A DNA stretch of 64,000 bases from Camelus dromedarius (taxonomy: Eukaryota). Each line of letters begins with the position of its first letter. Position 1 is the stretch's first letter. The stretch spans positions 1,488,001 to 1,552,000 of the forward strand of contig NC_087437.1 in the NCBI RefSeq assembly GCF_036321535.1, written 5' to 3'. The translations under genes were made by a program, and so were the position numbers. Positions 26,900 to 38,845 of this stretch are shown piece after piece. The notes under the pieces were generated by a model that ran no database searches, was not told the DNA's origin, and saw only the letters and a program-made list of their open reading frames with translations.

Positions 26900-28255
26900 C
26901 AATCATCACCAAGTTTTTTAGGAAACCAGAATATCTGTCCCCTGGGAATTATTCTTCTTACATATCTAAGTGGAGGCAGAATCTCCAGTGCGCTTTTCCA
27001 TTGCAAACCACTTTTACTTGAAACTGGCATTAAGAATCATGCTGTGAAATCAGACTTAGTATTTCTATAAATCACTCTGCCTTATATGATGGATTACAGA
27101 GCACCACTCCACACGATCAATTATCAGATCTGTATGAATTTGGCAGCCGATCTTCACCTAGCTTGTTGGGAAACTAGAATTTCATGTCTATGGGAGCTAT
27201 GCTGCTTTGATATATATGGGGACACACAAGCACCAGCACGGTTTTCAACCCCAAACTTCATTTAATTGAAACGAGTTTTGAGAAACATGCTGAGGAATCA
27301 GAGTAAATGTTTCTATATGTCAATTAAACTTCAATGGTGGATGAAAGAACGCGTCTCTACAAGCTCACTTCTAAGATCTTAATATGTGTTGGAGCCGTCC
27401 TTCACTTAATTTGATTGAAACTGAGAGTTTCGTGTCTAGGGGAACTATGATACTTATATATCTAAGGGGAGGTAATCGCTCTCATGAGGTTTCCCACAGC
27501 AAACCGCTTTTACATTGAAAACGGCATTAGGAAACATGCTGTGAAGTCAGAGAATGTGTGTCTAGAAGTCCGTCTGCCTTTTATGCTACATGAAGTAACG
27601 CCTCCCCATATGCTCAATTTTCAGAATTTTATGAGCGTGTGAGCCGTCCGTCACCTACCTTGTTAGAAACCCAGAGATTCAGTCCCAGATAAACTATGCT
27701 GCTTTCATATATATGGAGACATACTAGCCTGAACTCGGTTTATAACTGCAAAACACTTTTACTTGAAACCGGCTTTAAGACACATGCTGAGAATTCAGAG
27801 TAAGTGTTTCAGTATGTCACTTAACCTTCAATGCTGGATGAAAGAACGCCTCTCCACAAGCTCAATTCTGATATCTGAATTTGTGTTGGAGACGTCCTTC
27901 AACAAACTTGTTGGAAACCCAGAGTTTGTGGTATAGGGGAAATACGCAACTTACATATATAAGGAGAGGCACTCGCTCCAACATGGTTTTCTACTGCAAA
28001 CCTCTTTTACATTGAAACGGAGTATGGAAACGTGCTGAGAAATCAGAGAATGAGTGTCTAGAAGTCCCTCTGCATTTTATGCTGGATGAAGGAATGCAAC
28101 TCCACATGCTCAACTTGAGAACTATATGAGTATGGGAGGCGTTCTTCACCTAACTTGTTGGAAACTCAGATTTTCTGGTATAGAGGAACTATGCTACTTA
28201 CATATGTAAGGGGAGGCACTCCCTCCAATGCGGTTTTTGAAAGCAAACCGCTTTT

Positions 28256-28464
28256 TTTTTTTTTTGCTTCATAATTAAACTTAGAATTTTTTATCATTTT
28301 TATTGATTTATAATCACTTTACAATGTTGTGTCAAATTCCAGTGTTCAGCACAATTTTTCAGTCATTCATGGACATATACACACTCATTGTCACATTTTT
28401 TTCTCTGTGAGCTATCATAACATTTTGTGTATATTTCCCTGGGCTATACAGTGTAATCTTGTTC
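28256..28464 (-). mobile_element. 5'-truncated young LINE-1 3' end inserted in the satellite, with poly(A) tail and 16-bp TSD
   Basis: A T-run at 28252-28265 precedes the L1 3'UTR-type sequence 'tttattgatttataatcactttacaatgttgtgtcaaattccagtg...gctatacagtgtaatcttgtt'. It is flanked by aaagcaaaccgctttt (28240-28255) and aaagcaaatcgctttt (28465-28480). The target TTTT/AC resembles the L1 endonuclease site. Confidence 0.92.
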
Positions 28465-29754
28465 AAAGCAAATCGCTTTTACATTGAAACAGGCATTAGG
28501 AAGCATGCTGAGAAATCAGAGAATGTGTGTCTATAAGTCCCTCTGCCTTTTATGCTGCATGAAGGAATGCCTCTCCACATGATCAATTTTGAGAACTGTA
28601 TGAGTGTGGAAGCCGTCCTTCAACTAGCTTGTTGGAAACTGAGAGTTCCAGTCCAAGGTAAACTATGCTGTTTTCATATATATGGGGATGTACTAGAATG
28701 AACACGGTTTTTCACTGCAAACTGCTTTTACTTGAAACCGGGTTAGAGGGACATACTGAGAAATCAGAGTAAGTGTTTCTGTAGGTCACCTAACCTTCAA
28801 TGCAGGATGAAAGGATGCATCTCCACAAGCCCACTTCTAACATCTGAATTTGTGCTGTAGCAGTCCTTCCCCTAACTTGTTGGAAACTCAGATTTTCTGG
28901 TATAGGGGAACTACACTACTTACATATCTGAAGGGAGGCACTCTCTCCAACGCAGTTTTCCACAGCAAACCGCTTTTACATTGAGACCGGCGTCAGGAAA
29001 CATGCTGAGAAAACAGGGAATGTGTGTCTAGATGTCCCTCTGAGTTTTATGCTGGATGAAGGAAAGCGTTTCCACATGCTCCATTTTCAGAAATGTCTGA
29101 GTATGGAAGCCGTCCTTCACATAACTTGTTGGAAACCCAGAGTTTCAGTACAAGGTAAACTACTCTGATTTCATATATATGGGGACGTATTAGCACATAC
29201 TCAGTTTATCACTGGAAACCACTTTTACTTGATACTGGCTTTGAGAAATACACTGAGAAATCAGAGTAAGTGTTTCTGTATGTCACTTAACCTTCAATGC
29301 TGGATGAAACAACGCCTCTCCACAAGCTCACTTCTGATATCTGAATTTGTGTTGGAGACGTCCTTCACCTAACTTGGTGGAAACCCAGGGTTTCTGGTAT
29401 AGGGGAACTACTCTACTTACATATATAAGGGGAGGCACTCGCTCCAACATGGTTTTCCACAGCAAACGGCTTTTACATTGAAAATGGAGATAGGAAACAT
29501 GCTGAGAAATCAGAGGATATATGTCTGGAAGTCCCTCTACATTTTATGCTGTATGAAAGAACGGATCTACACATGCTCAATTAACAGAACTGTATGAGTG
29601 TGGAAGCCGTCCTTCAACAACTTGTTGGAAACTCAGAGATTCAGTCCAATTTAATCTATGCTGCTTTCATATATATGGGGACATACTAGCTCCAACTCGT
29701 TATTTCACAGCAACCTGCTTTTACTTTAAAACTGGCTTTGAGATACATGCTGAG

Positions 29755-29980
29755 AAACCAGAGTAAGTGTTTCTGCTGCAACCCATTCCCTTTATGCTAG
29801 ATTAACGAACGTCTCTCCGCAGGGTCAATTCTGAGTGTTAAGTGTGTGTGAAAGCAGTTAATCACCTAGCTTGTTGGGAACACACAGTTTCTTTTGATTG
29901 GGAAACTACACTAGATACATATATATGGGTAGGTACAAGCTCCACTGGGTTTTACAGTGAAAACTGCATGAACTTCAAAC
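29755..29980 (-). repeat. Single monomer resembling the zone-1 satellite (type C) embedded in the dimeric array
   Basis: 'gcaacccattccctttatgctaga...gggaacacacagtttc...ttttacagtgaaaactgcatgaacttcaaac' is much closer to the reverse complement of zone 1 than to the A/B monomers. Confidence 0.8.
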
Positions 29981-30814
29981 GCTACTTATATATCTAAGAG
30001 GAGGCAATCACTCAAATGCAGTTTTCCACAGCAAACCTCTTTTACTTTGAAACAGGCATTAGTAAACATGCTGAGAAATCAGAGACTGTGTTTCTACATG
30101 TCACTCTGCATTTTATGCTGGATGAAAGATCGCCTCTACACATGCTTTATTTTCAGATTTGTATCGGTGTGGAAGCCGTCCTTCACCTAGCTTGTAAGGA
30201 ACCCAGACATTCTTGTCTAGTGAAACAATGCTGCTTTCATATATATGGGGATGTATTAGCACCAACCCACTTTTCACTGCAAACCCATTTTACTTGAAGC
30301 CAGCATTGAGAATCATGCTGAGAAATCAGAGTAAGTGTTTCTGTATGTCACTTAACCTTCAATGCTGGATGAAAGAACGCCTCTCCACAAGCTCTCTTCT
30401 TACATCTGAATTTGTGTTGGAGCCATCCTACACCTAACTTGTTGGTAACCCAGAGTTTCTGGTATAGGGGAACTACGCAACTTACATATCTAAGGGGAGG
30501 CACTCGCTCCAATGCAGTTTTCCACAGCAAACCACTTTTACATTAAAAACAGCATTAGGAAACATGCTGGGAATTCAGAGAATGTGTGTCTAGAATACCT
30601 CTGCCTTCTCTGCTGGATGAAGGAACGCCTCTCCACATTCTCAATTTTCAGAACTGTATAAGTGTGGAAATCGTATTCACCTAGCTTGATGGAAACCCAG
30701 ATTTTCAGTCCAAGGTAAACTACGCTGCTTTCATATATATGGGGATGTACTAGCACGAATTCGGTATTTCACAGCAAACCGCTTTTACTTGAAACCGGCT
30801 TTGAGAATCATGCT

Positions 30815-31786
30815 GAGAAACCAGGGTAAGTTTTTCTAGTGCTACATATTCTCTTTATGCTAGATGAATGAATATCTCTCCACGTGCTCAATTCTGAGGG
30901 TTAAGTGTGTGTGACAGCCTTCAATCACCTACCTTGTTGGGAACACACAGTTTCTTTTTAGTGGGCAATAACACTACATACATATATATGGGGAGGTACT
31001 ATCTCCAACTCGCTTTTACAGTGAAAAATTCATGAATTTCAAACCCGCACTAGGAACATACTTTGAAATCAGTGTAAGTGTTTCCACTGCAACCCATTCC
31101 CTTAATGCTAGATAAACGAACATCTTTCCACATGCTCAATTCTCAGTGTTAAGTGTGTGTGAAAGCCGTCAATCACCTAGCTTGTTGGGAATACACAGTT
31201 TCTTTTCAGTGGGAAACTACACTACATAAACATATATGGGGAGGAACTGGCTCCAACTCGGTTTTATAGTGAAAACTGTATGAACTTCATACCTGCACTA
31301 AGAAACATGAGAAACCAGAGTAAATGTTTCTACTACAACCCATTCCCTTTATGCTAGATGAACGAATGTCTCTCCACATGCTCAATTCTGAGAGTTAATT
31401 GTTTGTGACAGCCTTCAATCACCTTCCTTGTTGGGAACACACAGTTTCTTTTGAGTTGTAAACTACAATGCATACATATAAATGGGGAGGTTCTATATCC
31501 AACTCACTTTTACAGTGAAAAATGCATGAATTTCAAACTGGCACTAGGAACATACTTTGAAATCAGAGTAAGTGTTTCTACTGCAACCCATTCCCTTTAT
31601 GGTAGATGAACAAAAGTCTCTCCACATGCTCAATTCTGAGAGTTAAATGTGTGTGAAAGCCATCAATCACCTAGCTTGTTGGGAACACACAGTTTCTTTT
31701 CAGTGGGAAACTACACTAGATACATATATATGGGAAGGTACAAGCTCCAACTAGGTTTTACAGTGAAAACTGCACGAACTTCAAAC
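30815..31786 (-). repeat. Block of ~4 type-C monomers embedded in the dimeric array
   Basis: Four consecutive ~245-249 bp units carry 'gggaa(c/t)acacagtttctttt' and 'tttta(c/t)agtgaaaa'. Confidence 0.85.
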
Positions 31787-34594
31787 GCTACTTACATATC
31801 TAAACAGAGGAAATCACTCCAACCTGGTTTTCCAGAGCACAGCGCTTTTACTTTGAAACTGGCATTAGTAAACATGCTGAGAAATCAGAGAATATATTTC
31901 TACATGTCACTCTTCCTTTTATGCTGGATGAAAGACAGCCTCTCTACGTGCTCTAATTTCAGATCTGTGTATGTGTGGAAGCCGTCCTTCACCTACCTTG
32001 TTGGGAACTCAGATTTTCTGGACTAGGGAAACTACACTGCTTTCATATATATGGGAACGTTTTAGCACCAACTCGGTTTTTCACAGCAAAGAGCTTTTAC
32101 TTGAAATTGGCTTTGAGAAACAAGCTGAGAAATCAGAGTAAGTGATTCTGTATATCACATTACCTCCAATGCTGGATGAAAGAACACCTCTGCGCATGCT
32201 CACTTCTGATATCTGAATGTGTGTTAGATCCATTCTTCACTTAACTTGTTGGAAACCCATAGTTCCTGGTCTATGGGAACTATGCTGCTTACACATCTAA
32301 GCAAAAGCAATCGCTCCAACTCTGTTTTCCTCAGCAAACTTGTTTTAGTTTGAAACTGGCCTAAGGAAACTTGTTGAGAAATCAAAGAATGTGTTTCTGT
32401 ATGTCACTTAACCTTCAATGCTCGATTGAAGAACACCACTCCACATGCTCTATTTTTAGATCTGTATGTGTTTGGAAGCCGTTCTTCACCTAGCTTGTTG
32501 GGAACCCAGATTTTCTGGACTAGGGAAACTACACTGCTTTCATATATATGGGAACGTTTTAGCACCAACTCGGTTTTCCACAGCAAACCCCTTTAATCGA
32601 AACTGGCTTTGAAATACATGCTGAGAAATCAGAGTAAGGGTTTCTGTATCACTTAACCTTCAATGCTGGATGAAAGAACGCCTCTCTACAAGCTCACTTC
32701 TGACATCTGAATGTGTATTAGGGCCGTCCTTCACCTAACTTGTTGGAAAACCTGAGCTGGTCTATGGGAACTACGCTGCTTACATATCTAAGCAGAGGCA
32801 CTTGCTCCCACTCTGTTTTCCTCAGCAAACTTGTTTTACTTTCAAACTGGCCTAAGGAAATATGCTGAGAAATCAGAGAATGTGTTTCTGTATGTCACTT
32901 GAACTTCAACGCTGGATGGAAGAATGCCTCTCCACATGCTCTATTTTCATGTCTGTGTATGTGTGGAAGCCGTCTTTCACCTACGTTGCTGGGAACTCAG
33001 ATTTTCTGGACTAGGAAAACTATGCTGTTTTCAAATATATGGGGACGTACTGGCAACAACTTGGTTTTCCACTACAAACCACTTTTACTTGAAATCAGCT
33101 TTGAGAAACAAGCTGAGAAATCAGTGTAAGTGTTTCTGTTTTTGCTTAAACTTGAATGCTGGATGAAAGAACGCCTCTCCACATGCTCACTTCTGACAGA
33201 TAAATGTGTTTTGGAGCAATCTTTCACGTAACTTGTTGGAAACCCAGAGTTTCTGGTATAGGGGAACTGAGCTACTTACATATCTAAGCGGAGGCACTCG
33301 CTCCAATGTGGTTTTCCACAGCAAACCGCTTTTACTTTGAAACCGGCATTAGGAAATATGCTGAGAAATCAGAGACTGTGTTTCTACATGTCACTCTACC
33401 TTTTATGCGGGATGAAGGCTTGCCTCTATACATACTCAGTTTTCAGATCTGTATGTGTGTGGGAAGCCGTCCTTCACCTAGGTTTTTGGGAACCCAGAGT
33501 TTCTGGACTAGGGAAACTACACTGTTTTCATATATATGGGAAAGTATTAGCACCAACTCGGTTTTCCACTGCAAATTGCTTTTACTTGCAACCGGCTTTG
33601 AGAAACATGCTGAGAAATCAGAGAAAATGTTTATGTATGTCACTTAACCTTCAGTGCTTGATGAAAGAACGCTTCTCCACATGCTCACTTCTGACAGCTG
33701 AATGTGTGTTGGAGCCATCTTTCACCTAACTTGCTGGAAACCCAGAGTTTCTGGTCTTCGGGAACTACACTACTATCATATCTAAGTGGAGGCATTTGCT
33801 CCAATGAGGTTTTCCTCAGCAAGGTGATTTTACTTTGAAACCGGCATTAGTAAACTTGCCGAGAAACCTGAGAATGTGTTTCTACATGTCACTCTGCCCT
33901 TTTTGCTGGATGAAAGTACGCCTCTCCACATGCTGTCTTTTGAGGTCTGAATGTGTGTTGGAGCCGTCCTTCACCTACCTTGTTTGGGAACGCAGTGTTT
34001 TTAGCCTAGGGGAACTACACTGCTTACATTTCTAATGGGTGACACTCCCTCCAAAGCGCTTTTTCAGGGAAATCTGCTTTTACTTTGAAAGTGGCTTTAG
34101 GAAGCATTCTGAGAAATCAGAGTAAGTGTTTCTGCATGCAGTTTGCGTTTTAAGCTGGATGAAAGAACGCCTCTCCACATGCTCATTTCTGAGATCTGTG
34201 TGTGTGGAAACCGTCATTCACCTAGCTTGTTGGGAACCCAGAGTCTCTGACCTAAGGTATCTACGCCTCTTACATATCTATCGTTTGTCACTCACTCCAA
34301 CCCCGTTTTCCACTGCAAACCGCTTTTAATTGGAAACTGGCTTTTGGAAACTTGCTGAGAAATCAGAATATGTGTTTATATAAAGTCCCTCTGCCTTTTA
34401 TGCTGGATGAAAAAACACCTTTCCCCATGCTCACTGTAGAGTGTTGAATGTGTTTGGAAGCTGTCCTTCACCTAGCTTGTTGTAAACCCAGATATTCTGT
34501 CCTATCAAAAACACGCTACTTATATGTCTTTGTGGAGGCACTCGCTCCAACTTGGTTTTTCAGCGCAAACTGCCCTTTCTTGCAAAAAGGAGCT

Positions 34595-34655
34595 GGGAAA
34601 CCGAATTTGAGCGATTGCCTCCCCATAGATATGTAAGTAGCACAGTTTCCCTGAA
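34595..34655 (+). repeat. Short inverted fragment of the B monomer at the array edge
   Basis: The reverse complement reads agggaaactgtgctacttacatatctatggggaggcaatcgctcaaattcggtttcc, the B-monomer motif, in opposite orientation to the adjacent array. Confidence 0.8.
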
Positions 34656-34819
34656 GCAGAACCCTCTGTTACAGGTTTTATAGGGACACCATGAACTGAC
34701 CCACGTGGGAGATGCAGAGGATTCCAAGAACAAAAAATCCTACACAAAGAAGTTTGAAACAACTAACCACAGCTCTTGCCATTTTTACAAAAAATGAGCC
34801 TGAAGTCTCACTTGGGGAA

Positions 34820-35142
34820 GATTGTTCTCCAGGACATTAGTCTGCCTTTATCTTGGTCTGCAGCTGTCTATATGGATCAGGTCATAGTGCCTCTGTAAAA
34901 CCTCTAACAAAACAAAATTTATTTTCTATTCTGCAATTTGTTGTCTTTATATCAGTGCAAAAGTTTTAAGATCCTTAAAGATCAGAGACTTGAAAATAGG
35001 CTTTCCTATAAATTTTAGGTAAAGGCAACATTGTCTCACAAAAGGTGCAGAGTTAGCAAGACTAAGCCCAGAAAAGAGGGCATGGGGTTAAAGCCAAAGA
35101 ACAGATCTAATATGAAGTCAGGTTTGTTCTTTTCTAATATAG
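34820..35142 (-). mobile_element. ERV-type LTR fragment (5' part)
   Basis: The reverse complement starts 'aaagaacaaacctgacttcatattagatctgttctttggctttaacc' and continues 'atgttgcctttacctaaaatttatagg...ttgcagaatagaaaataa...gacagctgcag'. This resembles ERV1 LTRs of ungulates (from memory; family not assigned). Confidence 0.6.
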
Positions 35143-35179
35143 TATATTCGATTTTTATATTTTAAGTATATGAGTAAAG

Positions 35180-36145
35180 TTTAGCCTTTTCCCATTTTAA
35201 ATTGTGCAATTAAGGTGCATTAGGTGCATTAACAATGCTGTGAGACCAACACCACTGGTTTCAGACTATTGTCTTCCTCAAAGTAAAAGCTTGTATCCAA
35301 AGCACACCCCACGTCCTCCCTCCCCCAGCCTGTGACAAGCCCTCATCCCCTGTCTCTTTCTATGTCTTTACCTATCCTGGAGGTTCCCTATCAATTAAAT
35401 CATATAAATGGTGGCTTTTCTGTTTTTGTTTTTGTTTTTGTTTTTTTGCATGCCCATATATCTTAAGCAGGGTTGGGTGAATTTTTTTGTTTTTATGTGA
35501 ATTAGCATTTTTGTATTTTGAGAGGAAAATCCAGGTGGATTAAAGATGAGATGTATTAAATGAAGCCCTTTTAGTAACTCTGTGCATAATCTCATAGTAG
35601 GAACTGATGTTCTAAGTGTGAAACCAGAGCCAGAAGGGAGGTGCTTAGCTCTTCCTGTGGCAAAATAAATGCAAACAAAACCAGAAAACAAAGGCCAAGA
35701 AAGACAGCTGGAAAGACAATCCACAACCTGGAAAAAGCATTCCTCATGACTCAAGGTCAGAGAAAGGCTTCACATCCCTGTGGTCCAAAAACCTCTTGAA
35801 ATCCAGTGTTCTGAAAAGAAACAAAACACACAGTCAGTTCCAATGAGAGGCAGTGCCGGTGGCCAGTGTGTGTCAGGTGAGGACACAGACATAGGGACAC
35901 ACTGTGGAGACAGCATTGGCCAACGTCAGACTGACAGGCATTTAGCCTGGTGACAACCAGATCTGGTGACAATGTGAGAGGGCAGAGGACCCAGCAGGTT
36001 GCCTGGAAAGAAGAGCAAATGGATGCTTCTCTCTGGGAGAACAGGGTACAGGACACATCAAAGTACCACAGGTGCATCCATTCCCCAGCAGTGCTGATCC
36101 TTAGGGCTGATCCCACCAAAGATCTTGCACAATTTTCAAAGATTA
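35180..36145. repeat. Old ~1 kb direct duplication, copy 1 (begins with an ancient L1M 3' fragment on the minus strand)
   Basis: Colinear with 38825-39800 at an offset of ~3645 bp. Shared strings include 'ttgtgcaatt' (35202 vs 38847), 'aaatgaagcccttttag', 'actctgtgcataatctcat' and 'ggtggccagtgtgtgtcag'. Confidence 0.9.
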
Positions 36146-36224
36146 TTTTTCTTCAGTAACATGAATTCAAAATAATCAATATGTCATCAAGGGATTTTCA
36201 GAAGTGACCTTCCCTGGGCCCTAA

Positions 36225-36395
36225 CAATACACACACATAAATACACACATATACACATAAATACAAATAGAAACATAAATATGTACACACATACATCCAG
36301 GAAAAGAGACAGACAGAGTGAAACACAGAGAAGCAGAGGGAGACAGAGAAACAGAGAGAGACAAGACAGAGAGAGAGGCACTGAGAGACAGACAG
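36225..36395 (+). repeat. Degenerate CA-rich then GA-rich simple repeat
   Basis: 'acacacacataaatacacacatatacac...' followed by 'gagacagacagag...agagagagacaagacagagagagagg'. Confidence 0.85.
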
Positions 36396-37838
36396 GGAAA
36401 ATAAACACTGGAGCTGGGAAGGAGTGGAAATCACGCACATTTTCACAAGTCAGTCTACATCTCAGAACCTGGTCCCAATGTCCATCGACCCTCCAGGGAA
36501 GGGTGTGGGGATCACACAAGGACGTGTGACCAGAAGGCAAAAAACAGGAAGCCATTGTGGGGCAGCCCACCACAGAGGCCTAGATTGGACACTGGGCCTG
36601 TTTGTCAACATGACAGAATGACCTAGGAGGTTGTATGCCAGAGTGGACTATGTCAGAGTTGTATTTAATTTCAGCCCCAAGACTGGGAGCTGGGAAGCAA
36701 GCAGCAAGGAAAGTGACTTTCTCCAGGCCCCAGGGCAGACTCTGGCCTGTGTGGCATGTGATCTGCACTCTGCCAGCCCTCTGTGGGGTCCTTCCTTTGC
36801 TGAGTCTGTGCACAAGCTCCCTGTGATGCCAGCCCATGGAGGTGACAGGTGCAGTAGGGGTTTCTTGGTCTAGAGACAGGATGGGTTCTCTAGGAAGCAG
36901 AGGATAGAATGATCCCCACTGTGCCAATGGGGGATTCGGGAGACACTGAGAGGCACGTGGCTTGTCCATGGTGACAGCACTGCTGAGTGGGGGGAGCCAG
37001 GTATGAACCCAGCTGTGTCCTCAGAGCTGCGGCCCTGGCTGCATCCAGGCCTCCCCAGGGCTATGGGGGAATTCTCAGTTGGTGTTGCTGTGTAAGGACA
37101 TGGCATGGGGTGGGAAGTGAGCCATTGGCAGCCCAGAAAGTCCCTTGGGGAGCTTTGTTTAGGGAGGAGGCTTGGGTAAGGGGGCTCCAGGAAGTGACCT
37201 TACTTCCCTGGCAATAGAGCACAACAAATTGGAACCGAGGTCACCAGGCACCCATTCTGTAGAGAAGTCCCTACTCAGCTCACCTGGTTGGAGACAGAGG
37301 CATGTTCTGCTGCATCCCAATATCCCGAGGCCACAGCCCCTGGAAAGCCCACAGGGAGGGGCTGTAACAATGGAGCCGACACTGGGTCAGGTCTCACCCC
37401 AGGCGCCTCTGGCCTTTTGGCCAGAGAGACCCAAAGGTAACACAGGGAGACCAGGACAGTCCCACCCAGGCCGGGCCACCACTAAGATCCCACCCAGGTA
37501 GGCCCACGGCCACTTCCTGGCTGGTGGAGGTGGAGCAGTCATGTTGGGGATGGGTTTCTGCCTCAAGCAAGAGCAGGTCAGAGTCCTGGGGGGCCGGTAA
37601 CATCCACAGCCCAGGTCAAAGCTGGCTGGATGGGATGTGGAGAGCTGGGGCAGGGTCCTGCTGCCCGAGGTAGAGCCCATGATCTCTGGGTACGTCTTTT
37701 CCCACCCAGGTGTCTGAGCTGAACAAGGTCCCGGTCTGATCTGGCAGCAGAGGGTCGAGTGGACGGAAGCAGTTTTCCTGGTTGGGCAGGGCTCTGAGAC
37801 TTCCAGGCCGGGTCAGCTGCTGGTCACTGTCATTGCAG

Positions 37839-37946
37839 AACCAGATACCACATACTGAACAGAAGCTGATGAATAAGAACACCAACGCCCCCTCCCCAAG
37901 TGAAGGGCTGGTGTGCTACTCTTCTGAGGGCCAGCGCAGGATCCAG
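37839..37946 (+). other. Candidate 108-bp phase 0-0 exon of an unidentified, possibly decayed gene
   Basis: Acceptor 'cactgtcattgcag|' and consensus donor 'cag|gtgagt'. Open in only one frame: NQIPHTEQKLMNKNTNAPSPSEGLVCYSSEGQRRIQ. No homolog recognised. Confidence 0.3.
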
Positions 37947-38419
37947 GTGAGTCTGGATATGGAGGGGTCCCCACCACGATGGCCCAGAAATGAATGGGGC
38001 AGGCCTCCGACCCAGACATCACCCAGGGCTCTCCCCAGGGACCTGCCCGGGGCTGACGGGCAGCTCAGCACACCCGGCTCTTAGCTGGAGCACCGTGCCC
38101 ACCTCGCTGCAAGTCAGGTGGAGGACCAGGAGCCCCCAAAGCAGAGCCCAAAGGTCAGAAATGCAGGGCTGGTGCCTGTGTGTAGGTGAGGGAGGGGCAA
38201 GGGCTGGGCCACACAGGGAGGTGTCCCCAGAGGCTACTGTTGGGACCAGAGCAAAGAATGGCCTCAGACCACCTGTCTAGAAGAATTCAGTCACAGAAAA
38301 CATCCTGTGGGCACTTTCTGGGTGGGAGCTGTCTGGAAAGCTCTGGGAAGGTTTCTGTCTTTCAAGAGGCACATGGAAAGGGAGGCAGGTGGGTAAATTA
38401 TTCCTCTCTCACAGCATGA

Positions 38420-38845
38420 GCTCTTCCACAAGACTTAAAACTCTCTCCACATCCAACAGTTACAGAGCAGGCAGGGGCAGGGGAAGATGTCAGAGACCAA
38501 AAAAAGGACGATCTAGACCCAGCAGGAGACCCCGAGCTCCCTCCTGCTGCTCCTGCAGATCCTCCTGAACCTGCATCTGCACCTGGACTGCTGGGCAACA
38601 GAGAAGCAGTTCAGGCATCACCACCCCCTGGGACGGAGCCCCCTCTGTGCCCACCCACACCTTCTTCTCCAAAATGTTCTCCAAAATCCCACCGTCATTC
38701 TGCCCTCCTCCCCCTCACAAAGTTGACGTCCTTTCCACTGGAGATGTTATTGTTTGGTTTTTCTTTAATTTCCTTTGTTTGTTTCACATTTTCTTTTTTC
38801 TTTTTAAAGTTTCTTGTAATAAAATATAGACCTTTTCCCTTTTAA
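38420..38845 (+). pseudogene. Candidate Pro/Ala/acidic-rich terminal-exon remnant
   Basis: A stop-free frame of ~140 codons (...EDVRDQKKDDLDPAGDPELPPAAPADPPEPASAPG...PPPGTEPPLCPPTPSSPKCSPK...) with codon-like cct/gct/gca periodicity. Acceptor-like 'ttcctctctcacag' ends at 38414 and AATAAA lies at ~38818. An in-frame TGA at 38417 means it cannot be joined intact to that acceptor. Confidence 0.25.

Larger units (their letters stand above)
26900..34575 (-). repeat. Diverged related satellite, opposite orientation, mostly A/B dimeric (~495-500 bp dimer, ~30 monomers)
   Basis: Motifs 'ttcacctagcttgttgggaac', 'catatatatgggga', 'gctgagaaatcagag' and 'ctctccacatgctca' match the reverse complement of the zone-1 monomer. 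'catatatatggg' monomers alternate with 'catatctaag' monomers (B anchors near 31796, 32292, 32783, 33278, 33777). Confidence 0.93.

Noticed and set aside
1..34575. Dozens of 60-130 aa ORFs with recurring motifs (e.g. VLDERTSLHML, YIYGEVLAPTRF)
   Set aside because: They are translations of satellite monomers on both strands and in several frames, with stops in most copies.
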